From an uncultured Anaerolineales bacterium (GTDB lineage Bacteria; Chloroflexota; Anaerolineae; CG2-30-64-16): a stretch of 64,000 nt of DNA. Made by a program: the position numbers and the translations under genes. The notes beneath the pieces were generated by a model. That model was not told the DNA's origin. It made no database searches and worked only from the letters and a program-made list of their open reading frames with translations. Location: the NCBI GenBank assembly GCA_964647255.1, contig CAZYGI010000005.1, forward strand, positions 624 through 64,623, in the 5' to 3' direction. Below are positions 1-8,232 of the stretch, piece after piece; within the stretch, counting starts at the first letter, position 1, and the number at the start of each line of letters is the position of its first letter.

Positions 1-1175
1 GTCGGTGCGCCTTGTCCGGGCGCACCTCCGGGTTGAGCTATAGGACCAGGGTTTTGCGCGACCGGTTGCACCGCCGGCTGCGCTGCGAACAATGCGGCGC
101 GTAGAAATGCCAACTCGATCGGAAGCTGCGGCACCCCCGGCACCTGATCCCGCAGCGCGCCGCGCGCTTCCGCAAATTCGTGCAGCGCGGCCAAAAGCGC
201 ACTTGGAGCCAGCAGGTCCGCCTGCCGCACCATCCGTGCGACCACGTCTTGCGGCAAATCTAGCTGCTCCGTTGTGCGCGCCATACGCACGAACAGCACG
301 CCGCGCAGGTAGGCGATGATCTGATCTAGAAGCTGTCCCAGCTCCGCCCCATCCGCAACCAGACGATTGATCAGCCCAAGGCCAGCCGCAGGATCGTTGG
401 CGGCCAGATGATCCACCAACTGGCCAACCGTGCCTGCATTGACCAGGCCCAAAACGCGTTCAACGCGATCCAGGGTCAGCACGGCGTCACCGTAGGAGAG
501 GAGCTGATCGAGCAGGCTCACTGCGTCGCGCATGCACCCGGTTGAACGCCGGGCGATGGCGACCAATGCGTCCGTCTCGGCCTTGCCGCCTTCGCTGGTC
601 AGGATTTCCTGCAGATGCTCGACGATTTCTGCGGTCGGAATCCGCCGGAAGTCGAACCGTTGACACCGCGAGCGTACGGTCTCGGGGACGCGATCCGGCT
701 CGGTGGTGGCAAGAACAAAAATAGCGTGCGGCGGCGGCTCCTCCAGGGTCTTCAACAGGGCGTTGAAGGCTTCCTTGGTGAGCATGTGGACTTCATCAAT
801 GATGTAAACCTTATACCGGGCCTCGTTTGGGCGGAAACCAATTTTTTCGCGCAGATCGCGAATCTCGTCAATGCCCCGGTTGGAGGCCGCGTCGATCTCA
901 ATGAGATCAAGCTGCCGACCCTCGGTGATGGCAACGCAAATGGTGCAGTGATTGCACGGTCGCGCCGCGGGATCGGGGGCCAAACAGTTGATCGCCTTTG
1001 CCAGGATGCGCGCGGTGCTGGTTTTCCCGGTGCCGCGCGGTCCGGTGAAGAGATAGGCATGCGACAGGCGTCCTTCACGCAACGCGTTGCGCAGGGTTAC
1101 GGTGACATGTTCTTGTCCCACGACGGTGTCGAACGACTGGGAACGCCATTTGCGATAGAGGGCCTGCGCGGCCAT
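1..1175 (-). CDS. dnaX: DNA polymerase III subunit gamma/tau, N-terminal ~390 aa; 3' end runs off the window
   Basis: Reverse-strand translation from ATG 1175 reads MAAQALYRKWRSQSFDTVVGQEHVTVTLRNALREGRLSHAYLFTGPRGTGKTSTARILAKAINC... with Walker A GPRGTGKT, IIDEVHML box and CNHCTIC zinc module. It is not in the ORF track because no stop lies inside the window. Confidence 0.9.
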   Translation of the reverse strand, partial: MAAQALYRKWRSQSFDTVVGQEHVTVTLRNALREGRLSHAYLFTGPRGTGKTSTARILAKAINCLAPDPAARPCNHCTICVAITEGRQLDLIEIDAASNRGIDEIRDLREKIGFRPNEARYKVYIIDEVHMLTKEAFNALLKTLEEPPPHAIFVLATTEPDRVPETVRSRCQRFDFRRIPTAEIVEHLQEILTSEGGKAETDALVAIARRSTGCMRDAVSLLDQLLSYGDAVLTLDRVERVLGLVNAGTVGQLVDHLAANDPAAGLGLINRLVADGAELGQLLDQIIAYLRGVLFVRMARTTEQLDLPQDVVARMVRQADLLAPSALLAALHEFAEARGALRDQVPGVPQLPIELAFLRAALFAAQPAVQPVAQNPGPIAQPGGAPGQGAP

Positions 1176-1324
1176 GGATATCCTCCAAAAACAAAGCCCG
1201 CTTTCCGAAATCGAAAGCCCACTTTCAGAAGTTGCCGCGGCAGTGTACCATAGACGAAGGATTCGCCGCAACTCGCCGCGACCGGCGTTTCTCGCCTTCC
1301 TTTGGCCTGTGCTATAATCTCGGC

Positions 1325-2827
1325 ATGACCGGCAATTCGAAAGTCCTGACCGGACTGATGGAGCGGCGGGCGCTGGAAGCAAGCTTCACGGCGCTTTCCG
1401 AGGCAACCAGCGCGGCGGAGTTGGCTCACCAGGCCGATGAGATCGCCAAATCCCCGCGCGCCGCCCTGCCGATCCTGATTGCCCGGCTGGATACGGAAGA
1501 CCCGCAGTTGCGCGGCGGGCTCGGCGAGGTGGCAAAACGGCTGGATCGCGAGGGGGTCGTCGGCGCCTTGCAGGGCGTGCTGCGGTCGCGTGAGCGCAGC
1601 CAAATCGCCCGCTTGAGCGCCGCGACGATCCTCGACCGGTATCTGGGCGAGCCGATAGATGAGTCGGCGCTGATGGGCCTCGGCGATCCTGAGGCGGTGG
1701 CAATCCGATCGCTCAACGAGCTGATCGCCGCGATGGAGGACGACGAGACGGCCGTCCTCGAATACCTGAGCCAGCTTGCCGCGCAGCCGCCGGAGACGCC
1801 AGGGCTGATCCTGGCGGCCATCCCGCGGATGGCGCCGCACCGTCACCTGATAACGCTGCTGCGCGTCTTCGCACAGGACACGGATCCGCGGCGCGCCCAA
1901 GAGGCGATTGAACAGCTCGGCCGGCTGCGGATGCCGGAAGCCCTCGTAGCGCTTGAGACGCTCACCCCGACGCTGCCCCTGGCCTTGAGCCGCTTGACGA
2001 ACCGCGCCGCGCGCAAGCTGCGGATGAGCGGGATGTGCGCGGCTGACGCGCCGACGGCGCGCTGGCGAACGCTGCTGTCTCCCGTGGACGGCGCCGGCGT
2101 ACAGGTGATCTGGTTCATCAGGCCAGCGCAGAAGCAGATAACCGAGGCGCAGTTGACCTTTGTCGTGCGCGACCCCGAAGGCATCGTGGCCTTTTACGGT
2201 GCGCACCAGGCGCCCGGCGCAGAACTGCCGCCGGAAAGGCCCATCGGCAGCGTGTCAACGTTGCCGATGGCGGACGGAGGCCCTGCGCTGCATCTGGTGG
2301 AGACGTCGTTCGACGCCGGACGGCATGCGGTGCGCACGGCGTTAGCACGCCATTGGGCGGACGGCACGTTTCCGCCATTGGCGTATCGCTTCTGGAACGC
2401 GCTGCTTTGGAACGCCCCAGAGCCGACCGAGGAGGAGACGCGGCTGCCGGTCGCCGAGCACTCTCCGGCCGTACTGGCCGCGTTGTTGGATCACCCGGCC
2501 TTCGCGGGCTGGTTTTGGCGCGATGAAGCAGTAGTGGATGCGGCCAGGCATCTAGGGTTGCATCCCAGCGCTGCGGCACGCGCCAGCACGATCGCCAAGC
2601 TCGCAGCGCTGCACTTCGGCCAGGCGACGAGCGCCGGCTACGGGCGACGCCTTGACGCCATGACGCGCTGGCTGTCCCTGGCAGGCCAGCCGGAAGCGGC
2701 CGACCTGGCGTCCGCCCTCTGCGAGCATTTGGCCGTGACCCCACCGGCAGAGTCGCTTTTTGTGCGTCGGTTGATCGGCATCAGCCTTGACATAGCCGCG
2801 GTGAGCACGCCGATCAGGCGGACCTGA
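1325..2827 (+). CDS. hypothetical protein, helical-repeat-like N-terminal region
   Basis: Track ORF 1232..2827. ATG 1325 is preferred because TGcTATAAT (1310-1318) ends 7 nt upstream, a leaderless geometry. No catalytic motif recognised. Confidence 0.5.
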   Translation: MTGNSKVLTGLMERRALEASFTALSEATSAAELAHQADEIAKSPRAALPILIARLDTEDPQLRGGLGEVAKRLDREGVVGALQGVLRSRERSQIARLSAATILDRYLGEPIDESALMGLGDPEAVAIRSLNELIAAMEDDETAVLEYLSQLAAQPPETPGLILAAIPRMAPHRHLITLLRVFAQDTDPRRAQEAIEQLGRLRMPEALVALETLTPTLPLALSRLTNRAARKLRMSGMCAADAPTARWRTLLSPVDGAGVQVIWFIRPAQKQITEAQLTFVVRDPEGIVAFYGAHQAPGAELPPERPIGSVSTLPMADGGPALHLVETSFDAGRHAVRTALARHWADGTFPPLAYRFWNALLWNAPEPTEEETRLPVAEHSPAVLAALLDHPAFAGWFWRDEAVVDAARHLGLHPSAAARASTIAKLAALHFGQATSAGYGRRLDAMTRWLSLAGQPEAADLASALCEHLAVTPPAESLFVRRLIGISLDIAAVSTPIRRT

Positions 2828-2889
2828 TCAGTGTTCCGCAACAGAAACGTTCCCGCTTTCAACTTCCAATTTGATTAGGAGTAGCTCCC

Positions 2890-3072
2890 ATGCCCAATCT
2901 CGGTCCCACTGAACTGATCATCATTTTGATCATCGTCCTGGTCATCTTCGGCGCGAGCCGGCTGCCCGGCCTGTTCCGTGCCCTCGGTCAAGGGGTCAAG
3001 GAATTCCGGGACGCCTCTAAAGACACCACGACGGAGGAGAAGCCCAAGGACGCGCCAAACGAGCAAAAATAA
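2890..3072 (+). CDS. tatA: twin-arginine translocase TatA/E family protein
   Basis: 60 aa. TM helix [20 protein letters not shown] followed by amphipathic [12 protein letters not shown]; AGGAG RBS upstream. Confidence 0.85.
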   Translation: MPNLGPTELIIILIIVLVIFGASRLPGLFRALGQGVKEFRDASKDTTTEEKPKDAPNEQK

Positions 3073-3160
3073 AGCCTCGCTCCCGCCAGGGTCTTCCTGG
3101 TCGTAGCACGCTTTCGCGGTTCCTTGCGAGGCTCCGACGCGCACCACGCCGTGTTGACGG

Positions 3161-4561
3161 ATGCACCCCATGAACGCACCATCTCACAACCGGCCTGAAT
3201 GGTCGGGCCGGTTGGCTTGGGCGCTGCCGATCAGCGTTGGCTTGCTGGTCATCGGCTATCTGGTGATCCGCCAAACAGCCGTCCTACCTGCGCGACCGCC
3301 AGCGGCCTTCTGGGGTGAGCTCCTGGTTTTCGGCGTCGCCGGCCCGCTGGCGGCGTGGTATCTCTTGCGGCAGCTCGCGCGGGATAGGGTGGAACGCCGC
3401 GCCGCATCTGAGCGAATTCAAACGCTGATGGCTGAAGATCGCCGCCGAACGACTGAACTGGTGGCGCTGCACGCCGTTGCGACCGCGATGGGCCAGGCGC
3501 TGAACGAAGACGAGGCGTTGTCCGCGGCGCTGGGCCAGGTGGCCGAGGTGGCCGGCCTCGCTGGTGGAGAAATCTACCGATGGAGCCCGGAGGCTGACCG
3601 ATTAATCTTGGCCGCAGCGTACGATGAGGCGACTTCGTGCGCCGAGCCGGCAACCGCCGACACGCCGGGCGAATGCCCATGCGTATTGGCAGCCGCAAAG
3701 GGCGATCCGCAACAGGCAATAAGCTGCGGAAGCGCGGAGCGCCGGACCGGCCCCGGACCGGACTACGACCAACAGCCCTGCGCCGCCGTGCCAATCCCGG
3801 CGAAAGATCGCGTCCTGGGCGTGCTGCACGTGATCGGCCAACCCGGAACCGCGTTCGCCGACGCCGACCTGGCGCTGCTCCGGTCGGTGGCCGCGCAGAT
3901 CGGCATTGCGGTGGAGAATATGCGCCTCCGCGAAGAGGCCCGCCGCGCCGAGGCCCTCTCCACCCTGATCCAGGAAATGCACCACCGGATCAAGAACAAC
4001 TTGCAGACCGTGGCCGATCTGCTGAGCCTGGAGATGTCGGCCAGCCCCAGCCCGGCCGCGCGCAAGAGCCTGCGCGACAGCATCAGCCGGATCAAGAGCA
4101 TCGCAGCGGTGCACGAGTTACTCTCGCTGGAGCAGTTGCGACTCACCGACATCACCGAGCTGGCGCGGCAGGTGTGCGACATTTCGCTGAAGCACCTGGT
4201 GCGCCCCGACCGGCGGGTGAGCGCGGAAATCACCGGGCCTGCGATTTACCTGCCCTCGAAACAGGCGACCGCGTTGGCGCTTGTGATGAACGAGCTGATA
4301 GCCAATGCGCTCGAGCACGCGTTCAGCGCAAACGGCAGCGACGGCCGGCTGACGATCAACACAGCGCAAGACGGCGCGCAGGTCACCGTGACCATCACCG
4401 ACAACGGACGCGGGCTATCGCCCGATTTCGACCTGGCGGCACGGCGGGGCATGGGTTTGCAGATCGTGCAAACCCTGGTCGAAAAAGACCTGGCCGGGAA
4501 CCTGCGACTGCAGAACACCGCCACAGGCGGCACCCAGGCCACTTTGACTTTCTTCAAGTAG
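3161..4561 (+). CDS. sensor histidine kinase (TM + GAF-like + HisKA_2/HATPase_c), PdtaS-like
   Basis: H-box EMHHRIKNNLQTVADLLSL, N box NELIANALEHAF, G boxes DNGRGL / GMGLQIV; two N-terminal hydrophobic segments. Confidence 0.85.
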   Translation: MHPMNAPSHNRPEWSGRLAWALPISVGLLVIGYLVIRQTAVLPARPPAAFWGELLVFGVAGPLAAWYLLRQLARDRVERRAASERIQTLMAEDRRRTTELVALHAVATAMGQALNEDEALSAALGQVAEVAGLAGGEIYRWSPEADRLILAAAYDEATSCAEPATADTPGECPCVLAAAKGDPQQAISCGSAERRTGPGPDYDQQPCAAVPIPAKDRVLGVLHVIGQPGTAFADADLALLRSVAAQIGIAVENMRLREEARRAEALSTLIQEMHHRIKNNLQTVADLLSLEMSASPSPAARKSLRDSISRIKSIAAVHELLSLEQLRLTDITELARQVCDISLKHLVRPDRRVSAEITGPAIYLPSKQATALALVMNELIANALEHAFSANGSDGRLTINTAQDGAQVTVTITDNGRGLSPDFDLAARRGMGLQIVQTLVEKDLAGNLRLQNTATGGTQATLTFFK

Positions 4562-4568
4562 AATCGGC

Positions 4569-5147
4569 ATGGACGCGCTCAAGATCCTCATCGCTGACGA
4601 CGAAAGCATCCGGCTGCTCAGCCTGCGCGCGCAGTTGACTGCGCTCGGCCACCGGGTCATCGCGGAGGCTTCCACCGGCGAAGAGGCAGTTGCCCTTGCC
4701 GCCAGCCAGCACCCCGACCTGGCTATCTTGGACATCAAGATGCCGCGCATGGATGGTATCGAGGCCGCCGAGCGCATCACGCAGGCGCGGCCCATCCCCA
4801 TCATCCTGCTCACCGCCTACAGTGAGGCGCAGTTGGTTGAGCGTGCCGCGCAGGCAAACATCTCCGCCTACCTGATGAAGCCCGTCTCCGAAGAAGATCT
4901 GCTGCCCGCGATCACCCTGGCGCTGATCCGCTTCAAGCAGTTCCAGGCCCTCCGGCAGGAAGTCTCCGACCTGCGCGAAGCGTTGGAAGCGCGCAAGGTG
5001 ATCGAAAGAGCCAAGGGCATCCTGATGCGCCGGCTCAACCTCAGCGAAGATGAGGCGTTCCGCCGCCTGCAGCGACAGAGCCAGGAGTCGAACCGCAAGC
5101 TGGCCCAGGTGGCGGAGGCGATCGTGGTGGCGAATCAGCTGTTATAG
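4569..5147 (+). CDS. response regulator with ANTAR RNA-binding output domain (PdtaR/AmiR type)
   Basis: REC motifs (ILIADDE, DIKMPRMDG, MKP) plus C-terminal ANTAR LEARKVIERAKGILMRRLNLSEDEAFRRLQRQSQESNRKLAQVAEAIV. Confidence 0.9.
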   Translation: MDALKILIADDESIRLLSLRAQLTALGHRVIAEASTGEEAVALAASQHPDLAILDIKMPRMDGIEAAERITQARPIPIILLTAYSEAQLVERAAQANISAYLMKPVSEEDLLPAITLALIRFKQFQALRQEVSDLREALEARKVIERAKGILMRRLNLSEDEAFRRLQRQSQESNRKLAQVAEAIVVANQLL

Positions 5148-5253
5148 AGAAAACATGACCCACATCATTGTCTCATCATCCGCTCTCTGACATACTGGCA
5201 TAGTTCAATAGCCCAGCAGGCTGACGCTGGCCTGCACCCGAATACAGGTGGTG

Positions 5254-5300
5254 AACGCCTGCCCATTTCGCTGTGCGCGAGGGGCAGGCGTTTATGTTTT
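5254..5300 (+). terminator. strong hairpin plus U-tract (intrinsic terminator candidate)
   Basis: AACGCCTGCCC (5254-5264) pairs perfectly with GGGCAGGCGTT (5282-5292). An inner TCGC/GCGA stem lies in the loop. Followed by TTTATGTTTT. Confidence 0.55.
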
Positions 5301-5722
5301 CCAACGAAGGGCGAGCGACCAACGACGAAGAGCCTGTTCGTCAAACATCGTTTGCCGATCGTCTTTCGTCCAATGCGGAGCATTTCGTGCGAAGCTGTTG
5401 GCAAATCCGACAGGGACTCATTCCCGGTAACGGCCACTCAGGTCCAGCCGGCCAGTCGGCCGAGAACGCCTGGGTCATGGGGTGCGCCGAGTGCGGGCTC
5501 TTCGGCCATCAGGTGTCCTGCTGGGAGCAGTGCAGCGGCTCCCCATGCTGTTGCGCGCCGATCCACGTCACCTGCGATTTTTGCCCTCTCTATCTCGAAC
5601 ACCGGCGAGAGATCGCCGAACTGCTCAACACGAACGCTAAATCTGTAGCAACCCCTGGCACGTCCGCAGCCTCACTGGCGGTGCGGCTGCCGATTCACAT
5701 CAAAGGAGAAGGTGCAGCGACT

Positions 5723-6052
5723 ATGGAGAAACTACAACTCAACGTCCCCGACCTGTGGGCAGATCATCACGTGCTCAAGGTGCGAGCGGTTTTGACCGCG
5801 CTGCCCGGCGTGCAAGATGTGATTGCCAGCTCGGCCTTCCGCATGGTTGCGCTGAGCTACGACCCGGCCCTCATCAGCCCCGGCGCGATCATGGCCGAGC
5901 TTGAGGACGCGGGCTACCCCATCGCCACCGACGGCGCGAACATCGTGGCCGACCGTGTCCCCGTGGCCGACGGCAAGCGCGATCCGGCCTGGACCCGCCT
6001 CGGCATGCGTCAGATCAAAACGGACGAGCGGGATTTGAAAACCAAACGATAG
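5723..6052 (+). CDS. HMA (ferredoxin-fold) domain protein with His-substituted metal site; possible N-terminal Cys-rich extension from ATG 5477
   Basis: MEKLQLNVPDLWADHHVLKVRAVLTALPGVQDVIASSAFRMVALSYDP..LEDAGYP matches the HMA fold pattern, but GMTCxxC reads DLWADHH. GGAG/AAGGTG RBS at 5705-5714. Same frame stays open back to 5273. Confidence 0.6.
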   Translation: MEKLQLNVPDLWADHHVLKVRAVLTALPGVQDVIASSAFRMVALSYDPALISPGAIMAELEDAGYPIATDGANIVADRVPVADGKRDPAWTRLGMRQIKTDERDLKTKR

Positions 6053-6172
6053 ATTGGGACTTGGTAGCTTAGTAACTTGGTGCCTTGTTGCGCCCAGATT
6101 GCCAGCCAACCGATCTACCAGTTTACCAATCTACTAATCTACCCAGTTGCCAATCACCAGGAGCAATCACCC
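6053..6172. repeat. 8-nt periodic word array in inverted halves (TTGGTANC-type x5, then ACCAATCT-type x6)
   Basis: Read directly: ttggtagc ttagtaac ttggtgcc ... accagttt accaatct actaatct acccagtt. Confidence 0.8.
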
Positions 6173-8155
6173 ATGGCAAAAGTCACTATGGTTCCGAGCA
6201 TTGATCCGGCCGCCTGCGGCATCCTGGATTGGGCCAGCGCCGAAGGCATCCAGACTTCGTTCAGCCGCGCGGCCGATTTCAAGCCCTGCACTATCGGCAA
6301 CGGGCAGTCCGGCGTGTGCTGCAAGAACTGCTACATGGGCCCATGCCGCATCACCAAGGACGGCCAGGTCGGCATCTGCGGCGCGACCGTGGAGACGATC
6401 GCCGCGCGCAACCTCGCGCGCGCCATCGCCGCGGGTTCGGCCGCGCATTCAGATCACGGCCGCGACCTGGCCTTCACCCTGCAGGCCGTTGGGCTGGGCG
6501 AGGCCCAAGGCTATGAGCTGCGCGACACAGCCAAGCTCTACTCGGTCGCGGCCAAGCACGGCATCCCCACCAGGGGCCGCAGCGACAAAGAGATCGCACT
6601 GGACGTCGCCAACAAGGCGATCGGCGAGTTCGGCCAGCAGCGCGGCCAGTTGAGCTATCTCTCGGTCGCGCCGCCCAAGCGTCAGGCGATTTGGAAGGAG
6701 CAGGGCGTCATGCCGCGCGGCATTGATCGCGAGGTCGTCGAGATCCTGCATCGCACGCATATGGGCGACGACCAGGACGCCAGCCACATCCTCAACGCCG
6801 CGATCCGCACCGCGCTTTCCGACGGCTGGGGCGGCTCAATGTGGGCCACCGACATCTCCGACATCCTGTTCGGCACCCCCAGCCCCAAGGTGGGCGAAGT
6901 GAACCTGGGCTGCCTGGAGGAGAAGCAGGTCAACATCATCGTCCACGGCCACGAGCCGACCCTCAGCGAGATGATCGTGACCGCGGTGCAGGACCCCGAG
7001 CTGATCGCCTACGCCAAGAGCAAGGGCGCGGAGGGGATCAACCTGGCCGGCATCTGCTGCACCTCGAACGAGGTGATGATGCGCCAGGGCATCCCGTCGG
7101 CCGGCAACTTCCTCAACCAGGAGTTGGCGATCCTCACCGGCGCCATCGAGGCGATGGTGGTGGATGTGCAGTGCATCATGCAGTCGCTGACCGGCGTGGC
7201 GAGCCATTTCCACACCGAGATCATCACCACCAGCCCAAAAGTGAAGATGACCGGCGCGACGCACATCGAGTTCGACGAGCATCACGCGCTGGATATCGCC
7301 AAGAGTATCGTGAAGCGCGCGTGCGACAACTACACCCGGCGCGGTGACACGCGCATCCCCAAAGACAGCGCCCAAGCGGTGGTGCCCGGCTTCAGCCACG
7401 AGTACCTGAACTACATGCTGGGGGGCTTCTACCGGCAGTCGTTCCGGCCGCTGAACGAGGCCATCGCGACCGGCCGCCTCCGCGGTGTGGCGGCCGACGT
7501 GGGCTGCAACAACCCCGGCATGACCCAGGACAAGGCGCACATGGACGTCATCACCGAGCTGCTGAAGAACGATGTCCTGGTCGTGAGCACCGGCTGCGGC
7601 GCGCTGGCAGCGGGCAAGTACGGCTACCTTAAGGGCGAGGCTGGCCTGGACAAGGTCGGCCCGGGGCTGCGCGAGATCTGCGAAACCCTCGGCATCCCGC
7701 CTGTGCTGCACATGGGCTCGTGCGTGGACAACAGCCGCATTCTGACCGTGCTGAGCCAGATGGCAACCGAGGGTGGGCTGGGCGACGACATCAGCGACAT
7801 CCCGGCCGTGGGCCTGGCGCCGGAATGGATGAGCGAGAAGGCGCTGGCCATCGCCGCGTACTGCGTCGGCTCCGGCGCCTACGTCATGATGGGCGTCCGC
7901 AACCCGGTGGAGTTCGCCGACGCGGTGACCGACATCCTCTCCGGAGAATGGGAGAAGAACTACGGCGGCAAGCTGGAGTTCGTGGTCGAGCCGGCGGAGA
8001 TCGTCAAAAAGACGCTGGAGCACATTGACAAGAAGCGCGCCGCGCTCAAGCTGCCCGCCTACGACCCGACCCACTTCGGCGCCTCCGGTGACGCCGCGAT
8101 GGAAGCGTTCGTCGAGCTCCCGGTGGAACAACAGATGGCGGAGCTTTACGGCTGA
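6173..8155 (+). CDS. acsA: anaerobic Ni-dependent carbon monoxide dehydrogenase catalytic subunit
   Basis: CTIGNGQSGVCCKNCYMGPCRI N-terminal Fe-S motifs, ~660 aa. Start moved from 6077 to ATG 6173 (AGGAG upstream). Confidence 0.92.
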   Translation: MAKVTMVPSIDPAACGILDWASAEGIQTSFSRAADFKPCTIGNGQSGVCCKNCYMGPCRITKDGQVGICGATVETIAARNLARAIAAGSAAHSDHGRDLAFTLQAVGLGEAQGYELRDTAKLYSVAAKHGIPTRGRSDKEIALDVANKAIGEFGQQRGQLSYLSVAPPKRQAIWKEQGVMPRGIDREVVEILHRTHMGDDQDASHILNAAIRTALSDGWGGSMWATDISDILFGTPSPKVGEVNLGCLEEKQVNIIVHGHEPTLSEMIVTAVQDPELIAYAKSKGAEGINLAGICCTSNEVMMRQGIPSAGNFLNQELAILTGAIEAMVVDVQCIMQSLTGVASHFHTEIITTSPKVKMTGATHIEFDEHHALDIAKSIVKRACDNYTRRGDTRIPKDSAQAVVPGFSHEYLNYMLGGFYRQSFRPLNEAIATGRLRGVAADVGCNNPGMTQDKAHMDVITELLKNDVLVVSTGCGALAAGKYGYLKGEAGLDKVGPGLREICETLGIPPVLHMGSCVDNSRILTVLSQMATEGGLGDDISDIPAVGLAPEWMSEKALAIAAYCVGSGAYVMMGVRNPVEFADAVTDILSGEWEKNYGGKLEFVVEPAEIVKKTLEHIDKKRAALKLPAYDPTHFGASGDAAMEAFVELPVEQQMAELYG

Positions 8156-8232
8156 ACGTTTACGCGTTATCACGTTTGAACGGTGGAACGTGCTAACGTG
8201 TAAACGTGTAAACGTGCAACGGAGGAACACAC
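8156..8232 (+). repeat. octamer array, unit NNAACGTG, about 9 units
   Basis: ...ggaacgtg ctaacgtg taaacgtg taaacgtg caacggag. Same unit as the array at 62461-62535. Confidence 0.85.

Noticed and set aside
615-1253. 212-aa plus-strand ORF (and the 752..1078 minus ORF) at the window start
   Set aside because: Both overlap the clearly homologous dnaX reading frame on the minus strand (ATG 1175). Their translations are low-complexity Gly/Arg-rich shadow products.
1097-2206. 369-aa minus-strand ORF
   Set aside because: It is antisense to the 1325..2827 gene and to the dnaX start region. The Arg/Gln/His-rich composition is typical of shadow ORFs in high-GC DNA, and there is no motif.
3637-4638. 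333-aa plus-strand ORF, alternate frame within the histidine kinase
   Set aside because: It is an extremely Arg/Pro/Gly-rich out-of-frame overlap. The kinase frame has H, N and G boxes.
5148-5260. ANTAR target (two tandem hexaloop hairpins) ahead of the terminator
   Set aside because: I found only weak hairpins with 5-, 8- and 10-nt loops, and none fit the A-x-x-G-x-x hexaloop pattern. It is therefore not called as a feature.
5273-5476. Extreme N-terminal extension of the HMA-like ORF (start at 5273 or 5294)
   Set aside because: The start would lie inside the terminator hairpin at 5254-5300. This stretch has mixed third-position composition, unlike the Cys-rich part from 5477 onward. It is kept only as an open possibility.
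8156-8232. CRISPR array, considered for this and the other periodic spacers (62461..62535, 6053..6172)
   Set aside because: The period is only 7-8 nt with no unique spacers, the arrays are under 110 nt, and no cas genes are present. They are micro-tandem word arrays, not CRISPRs.
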